Positions 26,944-32,013 of a stretch of 32,013 nucleotides of DNA are shown one piece after another. Under the pieces are notes generated by a model. That model saw only the letters and a list, made by a program, of their open reading frames with translations, was not told the origin of the DNA and searched no databases. The stretch's first letter is position 1. Each line of letters starts with the position of its first letter. The translations under genes and the position numbers were made by a program. This DNA comes from Candidatus Thorarchaeota archaeon (lineage in GTDB: Archaea; Asgardarchaeota; Thorarchaeia; Thorarchaeales; Thorarchaeaceae): contig JBHIAE010000031.1 in assembly GCA_046758445.1 (NCBI GenBank), positions 1 to 32,013 of the forward strand, written 5' to 3'.

Positions 26944-27555
26944 TCAGCGTCGGTCTATCAGGGAGGACTTTCGCTTGAAGGAAGCTTTGCCTATGAAGCG
27001 GGGTACGTTCTTACAATACTCCTCGTAATCTTGCCCAAATTGCTCACGCAGCAACGGCTCTTCGGTAAATGGAGCAAGCAAAAGAAAGAGGGTAAGTAGG
27101 AGTACGATTATCAATGCCATGAAAGAGTTGGTGATAAGAATTATCCCCATCCCAAAGAGGATCAAGCCAACATATTGCGGATTTCGCGTATACTGATATG
27201 GACCTTCTACTGCAAATGTGTTTGGTTGTTCCCAAAAGGAGCTTTGGTGCCGGTTCAACGTTCGTCCTGCCCACAGAAAGAAGAAGAGTCCAAAAGAAGC
27301 CAATAATCCCCCAATGATAAAGCTGGACCAATGCACTAACCAGAAAGTTCCCCAGTCGAGGACTCCTACCACGATAATGCCAGGCGCCAAGATTGCAGCC
27401 CACCCAACTACTATAAACCAAAACTGCCACGAACCTTTGCTAGGAGGTGGCCAAATCCGAAGCTTTGGGAAAAGTAGTGTTAGAATGAGTCCGAACACCT
27501 GCAAAAGAGCTGTGATAAGGACGACCGGAAAGAGGTAGAACTGGATACTAGCCAA
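26944..27555 (-). CDS. Isoprenylcysteine carboxyl methyltransferase / PEMT-family membrane methyltransferase
   Basis: GPYQYTRNPQYVG, EEPLLREQFGQDYEEYCKNVPRF; start approximate. Confidence 0.85.
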   Translation of the reverse strand: MASIQFYLFPVVLITALLQVFGLILTLLFPKLRIWPPPSKGSWQFWFIVVGWAAILAPGIIVVGVLDWGTFWLVHWSSFIIGGLLASFGLFFFLWAGRTLNRHQSSFWEQPNTFAVEGPYQYTRNPQYVGLILFGMGIILITNSFMALIIVLLLTLFLLLAPFTEEPLLREQFGQDYEEYCKNVPRFIGKASFKRKSSLIDRR

Positions 27556-27574
27556 TATGATTACCACTCTAGTG

Positions 27575-27961
27575 TTAGATGGGAAGGAAGAATGCGATAA
27601 TGCCAATTAGGAGCCCTATTGCTAGTGAGTATAATATTATCTTTGATGCTTTTGCTCGGTCTTTGCGGATGGCTTCTTGATCCGTCACAACTTCAAACTT
27701 TCCAAGTTCCTCAAAGTTATATCGTGACTTAAGTCCGAAAAATGGACAGAAGCCGTAAAGTCCTTCAAAGAATCCGGCCGCCGTCACCAAGACCGGAAGA
27801 GCCAAGGTAAGCCGCCATACTGGATGTAGTCTCAGCCAAACAAGGAGTACGAAAAGGACTAACGATACTATTAGAGCCCCCCACATCATTTTCTTTCTCA
27901 TGTCTAGCTCAGCCTTTCCAATGTTCTTCTCTCCAGGGACGTATTTGGACTCTTCACTCAA
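27575..27961 (-). CDS. Small membrane protein (YxPG.xNIG / GFC..FG type)
   Basis: Three TM segments, KYVPGEKNIGKAE and GFCPFFG motifs. Confidence 0.65.
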   Translation of the reverse strand: MSEESKYVPGEKNIGKAELDMRKKMMWGALIVSLVLFVLLVWLRLHPVWRLTLALPVLVTAAGFFEGLYGFCPFFGLKSRYNFEELGKFEVVTDQEAIRKDRAKASKIILYSLAIGLLIGIIAFFLPI

Positions 27962-28327
27962 TTCTGAAGCCTCAGCAGATCTATCTGCCTTCTAATCTCT
28001 GTTCTTCCTAATAATCCATTCCTAAGGTAGTAGGGGCAATAACAATACAGTGTTTGTTGGTCAACCTTCTCCAGTTGAGCAACCTTCTTGACTTGTGCTG
28101 GACTGCCTGTCCAGACTCCATATGTGAATCGCTGGAAGCAGCAATCGTTGTAAGCCATGTTGAAAGGTATGGTCTGGCTACTCTAGGAAGTAGTTGGTAT
28201 AAGCAGTGGTTTCTGGTGTCTGTTTCTTCAATACATCCCAATTGTGAGTTTATCGGCAAAGACCCATATCTCTAGTACTCGTTTTTTCTGCCCCGACATG
28301 AGAGGGACATATCTCCCATGGGAGATG

Positions 28328-28500
28328 CTGCGAGTTCACAGACACATAGCCATCGCCGTCACATGCTCCTTGTAGGAAAGCCACTCGAAGTCACCTAGGA
28401 GCATCGAGAATCCAATTAGCGCCCACGGGGATGTTCCTCTTGATACGAGAGTCTGATAATCCTAGGCAGCTTCTGCGCACCAAGTCAAAATCGGTTTGTC
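28328..28500 (-). pseudogene. LAGLIDADG-like endonuclease-domain relic
   Basis: Hand translation VRRSCLGLSDSRIKRNIPVGANWILDAPR*LRVAFLQGACDGDGYVSVNSQ: a LAGLIDADG helix (FLQG..DGDG) preceded by an in-frame TGA. Confidence 0.65.
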
Positions 28501-28631
28501 TGGGCTACCCCAAACATGAAAGCCAGATAGAAACTCTTGAGGAGTTACACAACGACTTCCAACATAGTGCATTGCGTTTCTAAGAACTACTAATAAGCGA
28601 CACTACATATTGATTCAGGGAGTTGAAAGTC

Positions 28632-29675
28632 ATGCCACTCATACCCAGTTTCATCGAGCGCCTAGTAATGCTCAAGCTCAATAAGGCTCCCGGCCCGTTG
28701 CTTGACATCCTTGGGGCGCAAGCCTTTCGGGTAATTGTCACAGCTGTCAAACTTGATGTCTTTGAAACTCTGAGTAGTGACTCTCTTGCGGCTGCCGAGA
28801 TCGCGCTTCAAGTCAAGGCGGATGAGCGTGGTATCACTATGCTGCTCGATGCCCTCGAAGCCTTCGGCTACGTCAAAAAGAAAGGTGAACGCTACACCAA
28901 CTCCGCGATGACGGTTAAGTGGTTGCTTGGTGACATATCTACTAGCCTCGCTGATACACTCAGCTACCTCGAAAAAGAGATGCTCGTAATGTGGGGGTAT
29001 CTGGAGGAATGCATTCGTAGGGGGAGACCATCGACGACCCTCTATGAATGGCTCGACCAGCAACCTGGCAGCTGGCAGGAATTCCAGGCATATATGGTCT
29101 CTCTTGCCCACCTGACCGCCGATGAGATGGTGGCCAAGGTGAAACTACCACCGTCTGCTCGTAGGCTGTTGGATGTGGGAGGTGGCCACGGACTCTACAG
29201 CATCAAATTCTGTCGCCGATACCGAAAGTTGACTGCTACGATTTTCGACCTGCCTGAGTCTCTGGAGGTAGCACGTAAGACCATTGCTGCCGAAGAAATG
29301 GGCCAGCAAGTTTCAGTGCAGGAGGGTGATTTCTGGGCAGATGACCTTGGCACAGATTACGATATGGCGTTGTTGTTCAACATCCATCAGGCTTACTTGC
29401 CCGACAAGAACACTGAGCTGCTGCGCAAGGTGTCCTCTGCCCTCAACCCAGGCGGTCTGGTCGTCATCATGGGCCAAGTCGCTGGCAAGGTGTCCAGCCC
29501 AGTTGCCAAGGCTGTGGTGAGCATGGCAGGGCTGACTTCCGCTTTGGCAGGTGGACAGTCTTATTCATTCGATGAGATTACTCACTGGCTCTTGGCGGCT
29601 GGTTTCACCAACGCGCGCCAGATTAACCTTAGATTCCCGGGCACCGGCCTAGTGCTTGGGACAAGGACTAGTTGA
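28632..29675 (+). CDS. SAM-dependent O-methyltransferase with dimerisation domain (Methyltransf_2 / ASMT / BchU-like)
   Basis: AVKLDVFE dimerisation domain, LLDVGGGHG, IFDLPE, EGDF, ALNPGG. Confidence 0.9.
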   Translation: MPLIPSFIERLVMLKLNKAPGPLLDILGAQAFRVIVTAVKLDVFETLSSDSLAAAEIALQVKADERGITMLLDALEAFGYVKKKGERYTNSAMTVKWLLGDISTSLADTLSYLEKEMLVMWGYLEECIRRGRPSTTLYEWLDQQPGSWQEFQAYMVSLAHLTADEMVAKVKLPPSARRLLDVGGGHGLYSIKFCRRYRKLTATIFDLPESLEVARKTIAAEEMGQQVSVQEGDFWADDLGTDYDMALLFNIHQAYLPDKNTELLRKVSSALNPGGLVVIMGQVAGKVSSPVAKAVVSMAGLTSALAGGQSYSFDEITHWLLAAGFTNARQINLRFPGTGLVLGTRTS

Positions 29676-29750
29676 GGCATGAGGTGGCATTAAATGTACC
29701 CAGTATTCGCTACCGACTAGGCGACTGAGGGGGGTCGACAGTCACTCTTG

Positions 29751-29767
29751 GTATAGTTGAACTATAC
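29751..29767. promoter_or_regulatory. Perfect 8-1-8 palindrome GTATAGTT-G-AACTATAC, candidate operator
   Basis: Read directly; intergenic, about 110 nt upstream of the MBL nuclease gene. Confidence 0.45.
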
Positions 29768-29874
29768 ATCTGGAGAAATAGCACTCATGCGGAAACGACT
29801 GTAAAGGACTCCCCTTTGAGATAGAGTGGGAAAGCCTTTTGTGACTGGGACTCCTGTGCCGAGAAGGTCATCCT

Positions 29875-30879
29875 ATGTCCACTCTGAAGCTGCGAAAACA
29901 AGCAGATGGATTCGTCCTTGACTACGGACCCGTAAGACTTGCTTTGGATACAGGAGTCAAGGGTGAAACTACTCTTCTAACACATGCACATTCTGACCAT
30001 CTCAAAGGAGTAGAGAAAGCAAGTCGAATCATTTCCACTCAAGCAACCAAAGATGCCTTCATTGCGCGCGGCCATAGAGTGCAGACAAGGACAGAGATTC
30101 TGGAGCATAACGAACGAGCAGGACAACTGGGGGTGGTCATCACGTCACTCAATGCAGGCCACGTGCTAGGCTCTAGTATGTTTCTCATGGAGTTCGACGA
30201 GGGTCTCACTGTCCTCTATACTGGCGACTTCAATGTTGTCGACAGCATGGTTCACAATGCTGCTGTGCCAACACAGGCAGACGTCCTCATCACGGAGGCA
30301 ACTTATGGAACGCCGGATTGGGTCTTCCCAGAACGGCAAGAGATTCATGAGCAAATCTTGGACACGACAGGCAGAGCAATCGATGAAGGCCGGATTCCCG
30401 TGTTCCAAGCATATTCTCTAGGCAAGGCACAAGAGGCCATCGCTATTCTTCAGTGGGGCGGATTCAATGTGGTTTCCGGCAATAACATGATCGATGAAGT
30501 CTGCAAGGTGTACAATCGTCACGGGAGTGACCTGCGACAGACTCGTCTGAGAACCTCAAGAGCAAGAACACTGCTCAAGAATGGTTGTGCAATTGTGAGC
30601 TCTTCACATCATCACACACGGCAGAACATTCTAAGACATATGGATTCCAGAGATGCTAACGAAGTAATAGGGAAACTGGACTACTACGCTCTCTCGGGCT
30701 GGACTCTCGGGGACTCAAGCAAGACTGGATTTCCGCTGAGCGCTCATTCGGACTTTCGAGGCCTGCTTGACTTCGCGAGGGAGGTTTCTCCAACCCTAGT
30801 CTACTGTTTCACAGGAAACGCAACTACTTTTTCACACCATCTTTCGAATGAAGGTTTCAACGCAGTCCCGCTGGAGTAG
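29875..30879 (+). CDS. Metallo-beta-lactamase / beta-CASP nuclease (COG1236-like)
   Basis: THAHSDH, AGHVLGS, YTGDF, EATYG, YSLGKAQE, LSAHSDF. Confidence 0.88.
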   Translation: MSTLKLRKQADGFVLDYGPVRLALDTGVKGETTLLTHAHSDHLKGVEKASRIISTQATKDAFIARGHRVQTRTEILEHNERAGQLGVVITSLNAGHVLGSSMFLMEFDEGLTVLYTGDFNVVDSMVHNAAVPTQADVLITEATYGTPDWVFPERQEIHEQILDTTGRAIDEGRIPVFQAYSLGKAQEAIAILQWGGFNVVSGNNMIDEVCKVYNRHGSDLRQTRLRTSRARTLLKNGCAIVSSSHHHTRQNILRHMDSRDANEVIGKLDYYALSGWTLGDSSKTGFPLSAHSDFRGLLDFAREVSPTLVYCFTGNATTFSHHLSNEGFNAVPLE

Positions 30880-31452
30880 GTGATTTGTTTGGAAGACTAC
30901 ATTTCAGACCTGGTTGAGCCCATCCATGCCGATTCTTTCTTCTCGGTTTCATACTCGGGTGAGATTCACGAACGACTTTGTTTTGAGTACCTGGACCCAG
31001 AGGGGTACTACCGGCGCGTGGTTCGAGATGACGAGATGCTGAGGAAAGAGGCTGAGAAACTTGCAGGAAACATGCAACACTTCCTTGACCAAGAGAGAGT
31101 AGAAATCAATGGGGAGCGTGTAAGGTCCCGCGTTGATTACACAGACATATTCCTGAAAGGCGGCACCGAGGTTGTTTCAGTCGTATATCTCATCGATTTC
31201 GCAGCTGGATTCAACGCTCGGAGGAATAAGATTGAAACATGGCTTGAGGAAGAAACTTCGCCATACGGTTTTGAAATCATTTGGAGATTCCCGGTTGGTA
31301 CAGCTATTGTCGAGATTGATTCTCACCTCGAGTATGAGATCTATGGCGATCTTGTGACCCTCTGGGCATACGAAGGGGACAATGTTGGAGGATACGAGAG
31401 AATGGTATTTAATCTACCAGAACGCCGTCTTGACACAAGAAGTTCTGGCTAG
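30880..31452 (+). CDS. Hypothetical acidic protein, co-transcribed with the MBL nuclease
   Basis: ORF abuts the upstream stop codon; no recognised motif. Confidence 0.65.
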   Translation: MICLEDYISDLVEPIHADSFFSVSYSGEIHERLCFEYLDPEGYYRRVVRDDEMLRKEAEKLAGNMQHFLDQERVEINGERVRSRVDYTDIFLKGGTEVVSVVYLIDFAAGFNARRNKIETWLEEETSPYGFEIIWRFPVGTAIVEIDSHLEYEIYGDLVTLWAYEGDNVGGYERMVFNLPERRLDTRSSG

Positions 31453-31495
31453 TCAGTTTTGGTAGAAGGTGCTAGGGATAAAGGAGGAACGGCAG

Positions 31496-31747
31496 ATGCT
31501 TCAACTACCTAACCTGTTTCAGCTACTCGGCATAATAATCGCTGCAGTGGGTGTAGCGCTAATTGCACTCGGAGTGGTGCTAACCTCGCGCGATACCCCT
31601 GACGAAAGTAGGCCCCGTCCTGAAAGTAAGGGAGTAATCTTCATTGGGCCCATTCCGATAGTATGGGGACTTGGAAGAAGAGGCTGTATAGTCGCGGGGT
31701 TAATGGGCATAGTCCTGTTCCTACTATGGGTGGTCATTTTCCTCTAG
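31496..31747 (+). CDS. DUF131 (TIGR00304-like) small membrane protein
   Basis: KGVIFIGPIPIVWG motif between two TM helices; GGAGG RBS. Confidence 0.85.
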   Translation: MLQLPNLFQLLGIIIAAVGVALIALGVVLTSRDTPDESRPRPESKGVIFIGPIPIVWGLGRRGCIVAGLMGIVLFLLWVVIFL

Positions 31748-31998
31748 ACATTCCAACCGCACTCAGGGCAGAAGTTCACTGCAATGGTTCTAACTATCTT
31801 TCCATTTACAAGGCATTCCGGGCAAATGTCCATTGAGTTGTTGCAGGTAGGGCACTTCCGTCTATTGTTGAGGTCTCTTATGCAGGTGATTGTACCGCAT
31901 GAATGGCATTTTATTGCATGGTCATGACAGAACTCGTTCCTGCACCGATCGCAGCGGATTTTGGACTTTGCCCGGCATGCAACGCAAGATTTCGCCAT
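31744..31998 (-). CDS. Cys-rich multi-zinc-finger protein (84 aa)
   Basis: CVAC, CDRC, CHDH, CHSC, CIRD, CPTC, CPEC, CPEC. Confidence 0.75.
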   Translation of the reverse strand: MAKSCVACRAKSKIRCDRCRNEFCHDHAIKCHSCGTITCIRDLNNRRKCPTCNNSMDICPECLVNGKIVRTIAVNFCPECGWNV

Positions 31999-32013
31999 TC
32001 ATTCCACGCCCTA

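Noticed and set aside
27958-28275. Short ORFs between the membrane gene and the LAGLIDADG relic
   Set aside because: No RBS or recognisable family; they may be further gene debris but cannot be supported.
28391-28393. In-frame TGA as possible selenocysteine
   Set aside because: It is not at a Cys-like catalytic position, comes with a frameshift and truncation, and no SECIS-like element is seen.
24094-29683. GCATGAG at both island edges as a possible target-site duplication
   Set aside because: A 7-bp match is expected by chance, and there is no transposase, integrase or terminal repeat.

Overview
Archaeal chromosomal segment, most likely an Asgard archaeon (Thorarchaeota-like). This is inferred from mer, NreA, EndoQ, a COG3357 regulator, DUF131, TATA-type promoters and eukaryote-like Rpb5; no search was run. 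1-5.7 kb is an AT-richer surface-glycan operon: NeuA-NeuB fusion, hexapeptide acetyltransferase, perosamine-type aminotransferase, Gmd and a TIM-barrel isomerase. 5.7-8.0 kb holds a PhaB/FabG-like reductase plus a long hexapeptide acyltransferase, next to a relic of the neighbouring HD gene. 8.2-10.6 kb is an HD / CinA-like / polyprenol-kinase operon. 10.6-12.2 kb holds the most striking feature: two tandem, separately promoted RpoH/Rpb5 paralogues that both carry a eukaryote-type N-terminal 'jaw' domain, plus an unannotated 39-aa desulforedoxin; one paralogue and the desulforedoxin lie inside a perfect 14-bp inverted repeat. 12.2-17.6 kb has two regulators, membrane and surface proteins and an orphan T2SSF protein. 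17.7-23.2 kb is a repair cluster (NreA, OB-fold, EndoQ) followed by a Zn-ADH and mer. 24.1-29.7 kb looks like an accessory island: TsrM-like B12 radical-SAM enzyme, ICMT/PEMT-like and O-methyltransferases, and pseudogenes including a LAGLIDADG-like relic. 29.9-32 kb has an MBL/beta-CASP nuclease, DUF131 and a Cys-rich zinc-finger protein. No rRNA, tRNA, CRISPR array or transposase was found. Several start codons were moved from the ORF track using RBS position, paralogue alignment or family N-termini.
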